Assembly: GCF_003334335.1 (NCBI RefSeq)
Contig: NZ_QOWQ01000008.1
Source: Escherichia coli
GTDB taxonomy: Bacteria; Pseudomonadota; Gammaproteobacteria; Enterobacterales; Enterobacteriaceae
Strand: one strand, 5' to 3'
DNA length: 64,000 bases
Under the pieces are notes generated by a model. It was not told where the DNA came from and ran no database searches. It was given only the letters and a program-made list of their open reading frames with translations. The first letter of the stretch is position 1. Each line of letters starts with the position of its first letter. The position numbers were made by a program, and so were the translations under genes. This document shows positions 32,918 to 44,651 of this stretch, piece by piece.

Positions 32918-34212
32918 TATCGCTCCTGTTTATGCCCTAACTTCCGTAGCATTTCGCGCGTTACCAGCACGATGCCTTCTTCTGAACGATAGAAACGACG
33001 TGCATCTTCCTCTGCGTTTTCACCAATCACCATGCCTTCCGGAATAACACAAGCACGATCGATGACGCAGCGGCGCAGACGGCACGAGCGACCTACCCAT
33101 ACTTCCGGTAACAATACGGCGGAATCAATGTTGCAGAATGAATTCACGCGAACGCGCGAGAACAGAACGGACTGCACCACCACCGAACCGGAGATCACAC
33201 AACCGCCGGAAACCAGTGAGTTAAGGGTCATCCCGTGGCTACCGGAGCGATCCTGCACGAATTTCGCTGGCGGTAATGATTCATTGTAGGTGCGAATTGG
33301 CCAATTGCGATCGTACATATCCAGTTCCGGCACCACAGAGGCCAGATCGAGGTTCGCTTTCCAGTAAGCTTCCAGCGTACCCACATCGCGCCAGTACGGC
33401 TCGGCATCCGGGTCGGATTGTACGCAAGAGAGCGGGAACGGGTGCGCATAGGCCAGACCGGCTTCGGTGATCTTGGGAATCAAATCTTTGCCAAAGTCGT
33501 GGCTGGAGTTCTCATCGCGATCGTCTTCTTCCAGCAGTTCATACAGATAGTCGGCGTCAAAGACGTAGATACCCATACTCGCCAGAGATTTGCTCGGATC
33601 GTTCGGCATTGACGGCGGGTTAGCAGGTTTTTCAACGAATTCGATAATTTTATCGTTCTCATCAACCGCCATAACGCCAAATGCGGAGGCTTCTTCAATC
33701 GGTACTGGCATACAAGCAACGGTGCAACGTGCGCCTTTTTCGACGTGATCGATAAGCATACGCGAGTAGTCTTGCTTGTAGATATGGTCGCCCGCCAGGA
33801 TCACCACGTATTCCGCTTTATAACGGCGGATAATGTCGAGGTTTTGGGTGACCGCATCTGCGGTGCCGCGATACCAGTTTTCCCCTTTCATTCTCTGCTG
33901 TGCTGGCAGCAGATCGACAAACTCGTTCATTTCTTCATTGAAGAATGACCAGCCGCGCTGAATGTGCTGCACCAGAGTGTGGGACTGGTACTGGGTGATC
34001 ACGCCCATACGACGGATCCCGGAGTTGATGCAGTTAGACAGCGCAAAGTCGATAATGCGGAACTTACCGCCGAAGTGTACGGCCGGTTTTGCTCGCTTAT
34101 TGGTTAAATCCTTCAGGCGGGTACCACGTCCTCCCGCCAGTATCAGGGCAACAGATTTCAATGGCAGCTGGCGCGCCAACATTAAGTGATCGTTCTTCTC
34201 TAAACTAACCAT
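32917..34212 (-). CDS. glgC: Glucose-1-phosphate adenylyltransferase GlgC
   Basis: ORF 32917..34248; start set at ATG 34212 ([37 protein letters not shown]...). The ORF-track extension would overlap glgX. Confidence 0.93.
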
Positions 34213-34229
34213 GACTAACTCCTTTTTTA

Positions 34230-36203
34230 TCATCTCTGGAACACACACAATCCGTGTGCAGGTCCCTGCCAGACAGCCGTAATCACTGGGTTATCCTCTC
34301 CAGCGAATGGGGGAATGGCGTGCCACTCCCCAGCAGGTAAAACAATCTCTGTTACCTCAAGCGTGGCGTTAATTGCGATCAAAAAGCGATCCGAGAGCAG
34401 AATTTGCAGCTGTTTCGGCCCGTTTTGCCACTCATCCGTGCTTAAAGGTTGAGCATATCGATTTAGCCAACGGACATTGCCGTCGCCTTCTTCCCACCAG
34501 CGATTCTCCACCAAAGCGGGAATGCGCTTGCGCAGATGGATTAACGCGGCGGTAAATGCGGTTAAACCACTGCTTGCCTGCGACCAGTCCAACCAGGTTA
34601 ATTGGTTATCCTGACAGTAGGCATTGTTATTGCCATGCTGGCTGTGACCATGTTCGTCACCGGCCAGTAACATCGGCGTACCCTGGGAGAGCAACAACGT
34701 TGTTAACAGGGCGTGAATGCTGTCGCGCCGCCGTTCAACCAGGTCAAGAGAACCGCCTAACCCTTCTTTACCATGATTGTTACTGTAATTGTTGTTGGTC
34801 CCGTCGCGATTTTCTTCTCCGTTTGCTTCATTGTGTTTATGGTTGAAGCAAACGCAGTCGCGAAGCGTAAAACCGTCATGCGCGGTGACGAGATTAATCG
34901 CGGCACTCGGCAGACGACCATTACGTTTAAAAACATCGCTGGAGGCAGCAAAACGCCCGGCAAACGCCCCCAGAGGCAAATCATAATGTAGCCAGAAACG
35001 ACGGGCAGCATCGCGGAAATGATCGTTCCACTCGGCAAACAGCGGCGGGAAATTTCCCACCTGATAACCACCAGGAGCGATATCCCACGGTTCAGCAATT
35101 AACTTCACCTGCGAGAGCACCGGGCAGTTCTGGATAGCGGTAAACAACGGCGCATCCTGACGGAACTCTGGCGTACGGCCCATGACTGCCGCCAGATCAA
35201 AGCGGAAACCATCGACGTGGCAGGTTTCTACCCAATAACGCAGGCAGGCGCTGGCATAATCCACCACCGCCGGATGACTCAAATTGAGCGTGTTGCCGCA
35301 ACCGGTCCAGTTGTGATAATCGCCGTCTTCTCTTATCCAATAATAGCTACGGTTATCGATCCCACGCAGCGAGAATAACGGGCCGTCGAGGTCCAGTTCC
35401 GCACTATGGTTGAGCACGATATCAAGAATGACTTCGATACCCGCTTTATGCAGTGCTTTGATTGCATCGCGAAACTCATCCAGCGCCGTTTCTGGCGAGC
35501 AGGCATACGCCGGATGCAGCGCAAACATCGCCACCGGGTTGTAACCCCAGTAGTTACTTAGCCCCATGCGTTGCAGACGTGGTTCACTGGCAAACTGCGC
35601 CACTGGCAGCAGTTCCAGCGCGGTAATGCCCAATTGTTTCAAATAGTTGATCATCACCGGATGCCCGAGGGTTTTATAAGTGCCACGGATCTCGACCGGG
35701 ATCTCCGGGTGCAAGTACGTTAATCCTTTGACATGGGCTTCATAAATGATGGTGCTGCCCCACGGCGTGCGCGGCGGGGCATCATCTTCCCAGTCATAGT
35801 GATCAACCACCACTACGCATTTCGGCGCAATGGCGGCGTTGTCGCGATAGTCAGGTTCATTATGACCGGCGTGCAGCAGCGGGTTATCTTTAAACTCCCC
35901 GTCAATTTGCCGCGCGCAAGGATCAATCAACAACTTCGCCGGGTTAAAGCGATGCCCCTCGGCGGGTTGCCAGGGGCCATGAACGCGATAACCATAACGC
36001 AAACCCGGGCGCGCATCCGGCAGATAACCGTGCCAAATGTCGCCACTGTGCCCTGGCAAGTCATAGCGATGTTCCTGGCCATTGGCGTCAAAGACACACA
36101 GTTCTACCCGCTCGGCATGAGCGGAGAAAAGTGTGAAGTTGACGCCCTGACCGTCGTAATGCGCGCCGAGGGGAGCGGGTTTGCCAATGGCGAGTTGTGT
36201 CAT
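34230..36203 (-). CDS. glgX: Glycogen debranching enzyme GlgX
   Basis: 657-aa [42 protein letters not shown]... Confidence 0.95.
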
Positions 36204-38386
36204 TCTGCCTCCCGAACCAGCCAGATAGTGGCCAGCGGTGGTAGCGTCAGGCTTAGTGAATGCTGACGACCGTGGCTGGCAATCTCATCGCTGTGTACCG
36301 TGCCGCCATTGCCTGCATTACTGCCGTGATAGTGCATGGAATCGGTATTGAGGATTTCACGCCATTTGCCCGGCTGGTTTATGCCGAAGCGATAATCATG
36401 ACGCGGTACCGGCGTAAAGTTACTGGCAACGATGATTTCGTTACCCTCTTTATCGCGACGCACAAAGATCAGCACCGAGCGTTCTTTGTCATCCACCACC
36501 AGCCATTCAAAGCCGTACGGGTCAAAATCCAGTTCATGCATTGCTTTATGGTGGCGGTAGGTGAGGTTCAGATCGCGCACCAGACGCTGGACACCGTGGT
36601 GCCAGTTATCGCCGCCTTCCAACAGATGCCAGTCGAGGCTGGCGTCATGGTTCCACTCGCGGCCCTGGGCAAATTCGTTACCCATGAACAGTAGTTTCTT
36701 GCCCGGGAATGCCCACATCCAGCCATAGTAGGCGCGCAGGTTCGCGAATTTCTGCCATGCGTCGCCCGGCATGCGGTCGAGAATCGATTTTTTACCGTGG
36801 ACCACTTCATCATGCGACAACGGCAGGACGAAGTTTTCAGTGTAGTTGTAGAGAATCCCGAAGGTCAGTTTATCGTGATGATACTGACGATAAACCGGGT
36901 CGAGCTTCATGTAGTCCAGGGTGTCATGCATCCAGCCGAGGTTCCACTTGTACCAGAAGCCCAGACCGCCCATATCCTGCGGACGAGAAACGCCAGGGAA
37001 ATCGGTAGACTCCTCAGCCATTGTCACCGCACCGGAAACCTGCTCACCAAGAATACGGTTGGTATTACGCAAGAATTCAATCGCTTCAAGATTCTCGCGC
37101 CCGCCAAATTCGTTCGGGATCCACTCCCCCTCTTTACGGCTGTAGTCGCGATAAATCATTGACGCCACCGCATCGACGCGCAGCGCATCAATACCAAAAC
37201 GTTCAATCCAGTAAAGCGCGTTACCGACGAGGAAGTTACTGACTTCACGGCGACCATAGTTGTAGATCAGCGTGTTCCAGTCCTGATGATAGCCTTCACG
37301 CGGATCGCTGTGTTCATACAAGTTCGTGCCATCAAATTCGGCAAGCGCAAAGTCATCAGTCGGGAAGTGGCCTGGCACCCAGTCGAGAATCACGTTCAGA
37401 CCAGCTGCGTGTGCGGCATCAATGAAATAACGGAAGTCGTCGCGAGTACCAAAACGGCGGGTTGGCGCATACAGGCCGGTTGGCTGATAACCCCAACTGC
37501 CATCGAAGGGATGCTCGTTAATGGGCAGTAGTTCGAGGTGGGTAAAGCCCATCCATTTAGCATAAGGCACCAGTTGATCGGCCAGCTCGCGGTAGCTCAA
37601 CCAGAAATTGTTGTCGGTGTGGCGACGCCAGGAACCCAGGTGAACTTCATAAATAGAGATTGGCGCATCAAACTGATTCGCTTTTTTGCGCTCTTCAGTC
37701 TGTACAACCTTTTCCGGCAGCCCGCAAATAAGAGACGCGGTTTCCGGGCGCATTTGCGCTTCAAAGGCATAAGGGTCGGACTTCAGACGCAAGTTGCCAT
37801 TGGCATCAATCATCTCGTATTTATAGAGCTGACCGTTATGCGCCCCAGGGATAAACAGTTCCCAGATGCCGCTCTCTTTACGCAGGCGCATCGGGTGACG
37901 GCGACCGTCCCAGTAGTTGAATTGCCCAACCACCGAGACCCGACGGGCGTTTGGAGCCCAGACAGAGAAACGCGTACCTGTGACGCCATCCATAGTATCT
38001 GCATGCGCGCCTAAGGTTTCATACGGGCGCAGGTGAGTACCTTCAGATAATAGCCAGGCATCCATTTCCTGGATTAGCGGACCAAAACGGTAAGGATCAT
38101 CAATCAGGTTTTGCTGACCATGCCAGACAACAGCCAACTGATAGCGGAAAAAATTCTTACGTCGCGGAATGACGCCGCTAAAGAATCCCCGTGAGTCGAG
38201 ACACTCCAGTTTTGCGAGTTTGCGCCCGGTTTTCGGTTCAATCACCCACACATCGGTAGCGTCGGGTAAAAGGGCACGGACTTCCAGTCCCGCGGTGGTT
38301 TTATGCATTCCCAGTACGGAAAAAGGATCCGCAAAATGGCCTGCAATTAGCGCGTTAATCACGTCTCTATCGATACGATCGGACAT
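36200..38386 (-). CDS. glgB: 1,4-alpha-glucan branching enzyme GlgB
   Basis: 728-aa [45 protein letters not shown]...; 4-bp overlap with glgX. Confidence 0.95.
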   Translation of the reverse strand: MSDRIDRDVINALIAGHFADPFSVLGMHKTTAGLEVRALLPDATDVWVIEPKTGRKLAKLECLDSRGFFSGVIPRRKNFFRYQLAVVWHGQQNLIDDPYRFGPLIQEMDAWLLSEGTHLRPYETLGAHADTMDGVTGTRFSVWAPNARRVSVVGQFNYWDGRRHPMRLRKESGIWELFIPGAHNGQLYKYEMIDANGNLRLKSDPYAFEAQMRPETASLICGLPEKVVQTEERKKANQFDAPISIYEVHLGSWRRHTDNNFWLSYRELADQLVPYAKWMGFTHLELLPINEHPFDGSWGYQPTGLYAPTRRFGTRDDFRYFIDAAHAAGLNVILDWVPGHFPTDDFALAEFDGTNLYEHSDPREGYHQDWNTLIYNYGRREVSNFLVGNALYWIERFGIDALRVDAVASMIYRDYSRKEGEWIPNEFGGRENLEAIEFLRNTNRILGEQVSGAVTMAEESTDFPGVSRPQDMGGLGFWYKWNLGWMHDTLDYMKLDPVYRQYHHDKLTFGILYNYTENFVLPLSHDEVVHGKKSILDRMPGDAWQKFANLRAYYGWMWAFPGKKLLFMGNEFAQGREWNHDASLDWHLLEGGDNWHHGVQRLVRDLNLTYRHHKAMHELDFDPYGFEWLVVDDKERSVLIFVRRDKEGNEIIVASNFTPVPRHDYRFGINQPGKWREILNTDSMHYHGSNAGNGGTVHSDEIASHGRQHSLSLTLPPLATIWLVREAE

Positions 38387-38658
38387 GCTTGTCTTCCTGT
38401 TTTATTGTGTCACCCCATCCAATTGGATTTTTGACTTCTGGTTGTGACATTTTTTTGACCTGAACGGCGCAGCACTCTGTGCATCCTCTCTGCGTCGTCC
38501 TCACTTCAGGTAAGGCTGTGAATACTCATGTATTCAGCCACCCTTAAAGAATAGCCAATGCTCTATTTAACTCCCGGTAAATCATGAAACATCTGCGCTT
38601 ACTCCTGTATTACGCACTAACAGGGGCGGCATCGCGCCCCAGATTTAATGAATAAAGA

Positions 38659-39762
38659 TTACGCCAGTTGACGAAGCATCCGACGCAGCGGCTCCGCGGC
38701 CCCCCACAGCAGCTGGTCGCCCACGGTAAAGGCTGACAGGAACTCTGGTCCCATATTCAGCTTACGCAGGCGGCCTACCGGCGTGGTCAGCGTGCCGGTA
38801 ACGGCAGCTGGGGTTAGCTCACGCATAGTGATTTCCCGATCGTTCGGAACGACTTTCGCCCACGGATTGTGCGCAGCCAGCAGTTCTTCCACGGTCGGAA
38901 TAGACACATCTTTTTTCAATTTAATAGTGAATGCCTGGCTGTGGCAGCGCAATGCCCCGACACGCACACATAAACCATCTACCGGAATTACGGAAGATGT
39001 GTTGAGGATCTTGTTGGTTTCCGCCTGCCCTTTCCACTCTTCGCGGCTCTGACCGTTATCGAGCTGTTTGTCGATCCACGGAATCAGGCTACCCGCCAGC
39101 GGCACGCCAAAGTTATCCACCGGCAGCTCACCGCTACGGGTTAAGGTTGTGACTTTGCGTTCGATATCGAGAATAGCAGAGGACGGGGTCGCGAGTTCAT
39201 CTGCCACATGGCCATACAGATGGCCCATCTGGGTTAATAACTCACGCATATGTCGCGCACCACCGCCGGAAGCGGCCTGGTAGGTTGCAACGGACACCCA
39301 ATCAACAAGATCATTGGCGAATAAACCACCCAACGACATCAACATCAGGCTTACGGTACAGTTACCGCCAACAAAAGTCCTGATGCCATTATTTAATCCG
39401 TCGGTAATGACGTCCTGATTGACGGGGTCAAGAATGATGATGGCGTCATCTTTCATGCGCAGAGACGATGCTGCGTCAATCCAGTAACCTTGCCATCCGC
39501 TTTCACGAAGCTTTGGATAGATTTCGTTGGTATAATCGCCGCCCTGACAGGTCACAATGATATCGAGGGCCTTTAGCGCCTCCAGATCAAAGGCATCCTG
39601 AAGTGTGCCAGTGGTTCCGCCAAAAGACGGCGCAGCCTGGCCAAGCTGAGAAGTAGAAAAGAAGACAGGGCGAATGGCGTCGAAGTCGCGCTCTTCAACC
39701 ATGCGTTGCATGAGAACGGAGCCGACCATACCGCGCCAGCCGATAAAACCAACATTTTTCAT
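38659..39762 (-). CDS. asd: Aspartate-semialdehyde dehydrogenase Asd
   Basis: ORF 38659..39885; start set at ATG 39762 ([39 protein letters not shown]...). Confidence 0.95.
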
Positions 39763-39954
39763 AAGCGTTTTTTTCCTGCAAAGATGTGTGCTGTATAAAT
39801 GTGCCGGTCTCCTCTTGGCACATCTTTCACCATACAAAAAGCAGCCAAAGTCGCAAGTGAAATTAATCAATGATAGCGAAGCCATCAGTAATGCGACTTA
39901 TCCTGCTTTGTTAGCACGCAGAAAGTCCGCGGCAATTATCAGGGAATTTGAGTT

Positions 39955-40548
39955 ATGAATGAAATCATTTCTGCAGCAGTTTTATTGATCCTGATTATGG
40001 ATCCGCTCGGAAACCTACCTATTTTCATGTCCGTACTGAAACATACTGAACCGAAAAGACGGCGGGCAATCATGGTGCGAGAGTTGCTTATTGCTCTCCT
40101 GGTGATGCTGGTGTTCCTGTTTGCGGGTGAGAAAATTCTGGCATTTCTTAGCCTACGAGCAGAAACCGTCTCCATTTCTGGCGGCATCATTCTGTTTCTG
40201 ATCGCCATTAAAATGATTTTCCCCAGCGCTTCAGGAAATAGCAGCGGGCTTCCGGCAGGTGAAGAGCCATTTATCGTGCCGTTGGCAATTCCGTTAGTCG
40301 CCGGGCCGACTATTCTCGCCACGCTGATGTTGTTGTCTCATCAGTACCCGAATCAGATGGGGCATCTGGTGATTGCTCTGCTGCTGGCCTGGGGCGGCAC
40401 CTTTGTCATCCTGCTACAGTCTTCGCTATTTTTACGTCTGCTGGGCGAGAAAGGGGTGAACGCACTTGAACGCCTGATGGGATTGATTCTGGTGATGATG
40501 GCAACCCAGATGTTCCTCGACGGCATTCGAATGTGGATGAAGGGGTAA
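39955..40548 (+). CDS. yhgN: MarC-family inner membrane protein YhgN
   Basis: 197-aa ORF MNEIISAAVLLILIMDPLGNLPIFMSVLKHTEPKRRRAIMVRELL..., multi-pass hydrophobic. Confidence 0.9.
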   Translation: MNEIISAAVLLILIMDPLGNLPIFMSVLKHTEPKRRRAIMVRELLIALLVMLVFLFAGEKILAFLSLRAETVSISGGIILFLIAIKMIFPSASGNSSGLPAGEEPFIVPLAIPLVAGPTILATLMLLSHQYPNQMGHLVIALLLAWGGTFVILLQSSLFLRLLGEKGVNALERLMGLILVMMATQMFLDGIRMWMKG

Positions 40549-40604
40549 CGAGGAGAGTTTTTCGAAAAGAACCCGGTAGCGTCACAACTACCGGGCGAAC
40601 AAAC

Positions 40605-41945
40605 TTAACTCAACAGCTGGAACGCAATCATCCCAACGATGGCACCGACAGTGCCGAGGATGGTTTCCATCATGGTCCAGGTTTTCAGCGTTTCGGCTTC
40701 GGTCGCGCCGGTAAATTTACCGAACAACCAGAAACCGGCGTCGTTAACGTGGCTGACAACAATCGAACCACCAGCGATACAAATCGACAGCGCCGCCATT
40801 TGCGCACCGGAGTAGTTCAGTTGTTCAATAACCGGCATCACCAGTCCTACCGCCGTTAAACAGGCTACGGTGGCAGAACCCTGAATGATGCGCACTGCAG
40901 CTGCCAGCACGAAGCAGGTGATAGCAATCGGCAGGCCCATGCCGGTTAACGCTTCGCCCAGTGCCGGACCTACGCCAGAGTCAACCAGCACCTGTTTGAA
41001 CACGCCGCCCGCACCAATCACCAGCAGAATGATCCCCGCCGGTTGCAGCGCGTGACCGCAAATCTCCATCACTTTGTCTTTTGGCATGCCCTGACGCATT
41101 GCCAGACCGTAAATCGCCACCAGACAAGCAACCAGAATCGCGGTAAACGGATGACCGATAAACTCAAACCATTCGTAAGCAGTTGATCCTTCCGGCACAA
41201 AACGCGCGGCAATGGTTTTCAGCCCTACCAGCACCAGCGGCAGCAGGATCAGCGACAGGCTGAATCCGAAAGATGGCATTTTGCCTTCGCCGAGATGCGG
41301 TTCGCTGATGTCGTCAGGAATATGCAGCTCAACGTAACGGCTGATGAAGTTACCCCACAGCGGCCCGGCAATAATCATTCCCGGAATTGCCGCACACAGG
41401 CCAATCAGGATCATCCAGCCAAAGTCGGCATTCATCTGCGATGCCAGCAGCATCGGCGCTGGTCCAGGCACCAGAAATGCCGCCGCTGCCGCCACGCCTG
41501 CAAATAATGGGATTACCAGCTTCACCAGGTTCGTACCGGTGTGGCGCGCCATTGAGAAAGCAACGCTAATCAGCAGAACTATCGCCACTTCAAAGAACAG
41601 CGGTAGCGCACAGACCAGCCCCGCAAGGCCGATGGCATAATGCGCGCGGCTGTGACCGAAGGATTTGAGCATTTTGACGGCAATCTGATCGACTGCGCCG
41701 GTTTCATGTAAGATCTTGCCAAACATAGCTCCCAGGGCGACAACCACCGCCAGGAAGCCGAGGGTGCCTCCCATCCCTTTTTCCATCGTCGCTGCGATTT
41801 TATCGAGCGGCATACCAGAAAAAAGGCCAGCCCCCATGGACACCACCATTAAAGCCAGGAAAGCGTGCATACGCGCCTTCATGACTAAAAACAGCAGCAG
41901 TAAAACAGACCCTACTGCTGTTAAAACAAGCGTTAATGTAGTCAC
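40605..41945 (-). CDS. gntU: Low-affinity gluconate transporter GntU (GntP family)
   Basis: 446-aa ORF MTTLTLVLTAVGSVLLLLFLVMKARMHAFLALMVVSMGAGLFSGMPLDKIAATMEKGMGG...; paralog of gntT. Confidence 0.95.
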   Translation of the reverse strand: MTTLTLVLTAVGSVLLLLFLVMKARMHAFLALMVVSMGAGLFSGMPLDKIAATMEKGMGGTLGFLAVVVALGAMFGKILHETGAVDQIAVKMLKSFGHSRAHYAIGLAGLVCALPLFFEVAIVLLISVAFSMARHTGTNLVKLVIPLFAGVAAAAAFLVPGPAPMLLASQMNADFGWMILIGLCAAIPGMIIAGPLWGNFISRYVELHIPDDISEPHLGEGKMPSFGFSLSLILLPLVLVGLKTIAARFVPEGSTAYEWFEFIGHPFTAILVACLVAIYGLAMRQGMPKDKVMEICGHALQPAGIILLVIGAGGVFKQVLVDSGVGPALGEALTGMGLPIAITCFVLAAAVRIIQGSATVACLTAVGLVMPVIEQLNYSGAQMAALSICIAGGSIVVSHVNDAGFWLFGKFTGATEAETLKTWTMMETILGTVGAIVGMIAFQLLS

Positions 41946-41948
41946 TAC

Positions 41949-42476
41949 TTATTTGCCTTTTTTAATAACCTCAATGGTGCTTGCCACAACACCTTCCAGC
42001 GGTTGATCGATATCCACCACCAGTACATCGGTTTCGTCCGCACCCGGCTCCTGCAGCGTTTCAAACTGCGTCACCAACATTTGGGTTTTAAAGAAATGGC
42101 CTTTGCGCGCTTTCAGGCGGCTTTCAATCACATCAAAATCGCCTTTCAAATAGATGAAAGAGAGATTCGGATTACCTTCACGCAGCAAGTCGCGATAGTG
42201 TTTTTTCAATGCAGAACAGACGATCAGCGACACTTTATTAGTGCGCTGCATAGCAAACGCGGCGTCGTTCAGCGCCTGCAACCACGGTTTGCGATCGTCG
42301 TCATTCAGTGGTTCGCCAGACGCCATTTTTTCGATATTGCGCCGTGGATGGAGGAAATCGCCATCAAGAAACGCGGCATGAAGTTGATGCGCCACTTCAC
42401 TGGCGACCGCAGATTTGCCGCTGCCCGATACGCCCATCAAGACGTAAATGTGGTGATCATGGTTAGTCGTGCTCAA
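41949..42476 (-). CDS. gntK: Thermoresistant gluconokinase GntK
   Basis: ORF 41949..42497; product as I remember it begins (M)STTNHDHHIYVLMGVSGSGKS, which puts the start at a TTG codon (rc of caa 42474-42476). P-loop GVSGSGKS. Confidence 0.9.
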   Translation of the reverse strand: MSTTNHDHHIYVLMGVSGSGKSAVASEVAHQLHAAFLDGDFLHPRRNIEKMASGEPLNDDDRKPWLQALNDAAFAMQRTNKVSLIVCSALKKHYRDLLREGNPNLSFIYLKGDFDVIESRLKARKGHFFKTQMLVTQFETLQEPGADETDVLVVDIDQPLEGVVASTIEVIKKGK

Positions 42477-42506
42477 AGTGGTGCCCCCACAATACAAGAA
42501 TTAAAA

Positions 42507-42535
42507 ATGTTACGGGTAACTGTTATCGGTAACAT
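42507..42535 (-). promoter_or_regulatory. GntR operator (tandem palindromic half-sites) in the gntKU promoter
   Basis: atgttacgggtaactgttatcggtaacat: ATGTTAC...GTAAC / GTTA...TAACAT inverted repeats just upstream of the gntK start. Confidence 0.65.
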
Positions 42536-42614
42536 TGTCCAGCCGGACAATATCAGAAGCAATATCCATCCATGCCTTAAGTGTATAAGTGTGAGCTACT
42601 TCAAATTTGTGGGC

Positions 42615-43610
42615 TTAAATAGATCCGCCCGGTGACAAGGTGAAACCTAAATCTAACATTTTCGGTGTCACAGATTCGCCACGAATACGCGCCAGCAGGC
42701 GTTCAGCGCCAATACTGCCCATCCGCTCACGCGGCGTCAGCACGCTCGCAAGTCGTGGCTCCATCACCTGACCAATGTCATGACCGTGGAAACCGGCAAT
42801 CGCCATATCGTCAGGAACTTTTAACCCCAGACGCTGACATTCAAACGCCGCGCCGACCGCCAGGTCATCATTCGTACAGAACACGCCATCCAGCTGCGGA
42901 TATTCCCGCCGCGCCTGGCGAATCAGTTCAATACCGGAAGAGTAAGAAGAAGATTGCTCAACCATCACGCTATATGGCACCAGGCCTGCATCCAGCATCG
43001 CCTGTTCGTATCCCTTCTGTTTGATGATAGTACGTTCGTCGAGACGTGCGCCGAGATAGGCAATGTGGCGATGCCCGCGAGCAATAATGGCAGTGGTCAT
43101 CTGGCGTGCTGCTTCAAAGTTATCAAAACCGACGGCGATATCAAGGCATGGCGACTTGCTGTCCATCAGTTCCACCACGGGAATACCCGCCACTTCAATC
43201 ATCTTTAAGGTGCGCGGCGTGTGGGTACGTTCGGTGAGGATCAGGCCGTCGATATTCCAGGAGAGCATGGATTCGAGGCGTTCTTGCTCCATTTCCGGTT
43301 TATAACCGTAGTGCGCCAGCATGGTCTGATAACCGTGCGCGTCGGTGACGCTTTCGATTCCGCGTAATACTTCCGCGAAAACCTGGTTGGTGAGAGAAGG
43401 TAACAGGACGCCAATCGCCCGGCTGGTGGCGTTAGAGAGGATATCGGGCGCACGATTGGGAATATAGCCCAGTTCATCAAGAGCCGCGGCAATCTTGCCG
43501 CGTAGAGCGACGGAAACCTGCTCCGGGTTGCGTAAAAAACGGCTGACCGTCATTTTGGTCACGCCTACACGGTCAGCCACATCCTGAAGTACGGGTCTTT
43601 TCTTTTTCAT
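42615..43610 (-). CDS. gntR: Gluconate repressor GntR (LacI/GalR family)
   Basis: 331-aa ORF MKKKRPVLQDVADRVGVTKMTVSRFLRNPEQVSVALRGKIAAALDELGYIPNRAP..., N-terminal HTH. Confidence 0.95.
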   Translation of the reverse strand: MKKKRPVLQDVADRVGVTKMTVSRFLRNPEQVSVALRGKIAAALDELGYIPNRAPDILSNATSRAIGVLLPSLTNQVFAEVLRGIESVTDAHGYQTMLAHYGYKPEMEQERLESMLSWNIDGLILTERTHTPRTLKMIEVAGIPVVELMDSKSPCLDIAVGFDNFEAARQMTTAIIARGHRHIAYLGARLDERTIIKQKGYEQAMLDAGLVPYSVMVEQSSSYSSGIELIRQARREYPQLDGVFCTNDDLAVGAAFECQRLGLKVPDDMAIAGFHGHDIGQVMEPRLASVLTPRERMGSIGAERLLARIRGESVTPKMLDLGFTLSPGGSI

Positions 43611-43833
43611 CGTCCTGAAGGTACAAAAGAGATAGATTCTCTTAGTTTAACACGGACACATCAGAACCTTCCCGGGGAAAACAGTGCTTGTTTACAATTA
43701 TTAGATATACACTAAATCAATTGCATCGCATTGTGCTAACGACGCGGCAAAACCCCGGAAGCGTACATCAGCACGCGACCGGAGCGAGCGAGGAAGCCTG
43801 CAAAAAGGCAGGCTTCAAAGATGCCGTTGAGTT

Positions 43834-44529
43834 TTAAACCGGCGGCAGATCGAACAGTAACACTTCGCTGTCGCTATCCGCATGGATGGAGATTGCCTGC
43901 TCATCCCAGATTGCCAGACCATCGCTGGTCGAGGCTTTCACGCCGTTAATGGTGACATTGCCTTTCACCACCTGGATCCAGACGCGGCGTTCAGCGGCAA
44001 TCTGATGCACCGACTGCTCATCTTTCAGCAACGCCCAGCGGTACAGTTCCATATCCTGATGCACTTTCAATGAACCATCTCGCGCATCCGGCGAGAGCAC
44101 CAGCTGTTTGCCCTGTACGGCATCGAAGCGACGCTGTTCATAACGCGGCGTAATACCGTTTTCTTCAGGCATGATCCAGATCTGATACAGATGCAGACGC
44201 TCGGTGCTGCTTGGGTTGTACTCTGAGTGACGAATACCCGTACCAGCACTCATAATCTGGAACTCACCCGCCGGAACCTGCTCTTTATTGCCCATGCTGT
44301 CCTGATGCTCAACAGTACCTTCCAGCACGTAGGTCAAAATTTCCATATCTTTATGCGGGTGAGTGCCGAAGCCCTGCCCTGCTTCAATCACGTCGTCGTT
44401 AATCACGCGCAGCGCGGAGAAGCCCATAAAGTTCGGATCGTAATAGTTGGCAAAAGAGAAAGTATGCCAGGAGTCCAGCCAGCCATGATTTGCATGACCA
44501 CGTTCATTTGCTTTGCGTAAGTAGATCAT
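43834..44529 (-). CDS. yhhW: Pirin-like cupin YhhW (quercetin 2,3-dioxygenase)
   Basis: 231-aa ORF MIYLRKANERGHANHGWLDSWHTFSFANYYDPNFMGFSALRVINDD...GFGTHPHKDMEI... Confidence 0.92.
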   Translation of the reverse strand: MIYLRKANERGHANHGWLDSWHTFSFANYYDPNFMGFSALRVINDDVIEAGQGFGTHPHKDMEILTYVLEGTVEHQDSMGNKEQVPAGEFQIMSAGTGIRHSEYNPSSTERLHLYQIWIMPEENGITPRYEQRRFDAVQGKQLVLSPDARDGSLKVHQDMELYRWALLKDEQSVHQIAAERRVWIQVVKGNVTINGVKASTSDGLAIWDEQAISIHADSDSEVLLFDLPPV

Positions 44530-44651
44530 TTGTATTCGCCCCCTGAATGATTTCGATGGGCTTAGTGTGGACCCGATCTGCCTGGGATGATAGAGGGTGA
44601 AAATTGACCCCTCTGTTCAAAAAAATTGAACTATTCGAGGGGCCATCAAAC

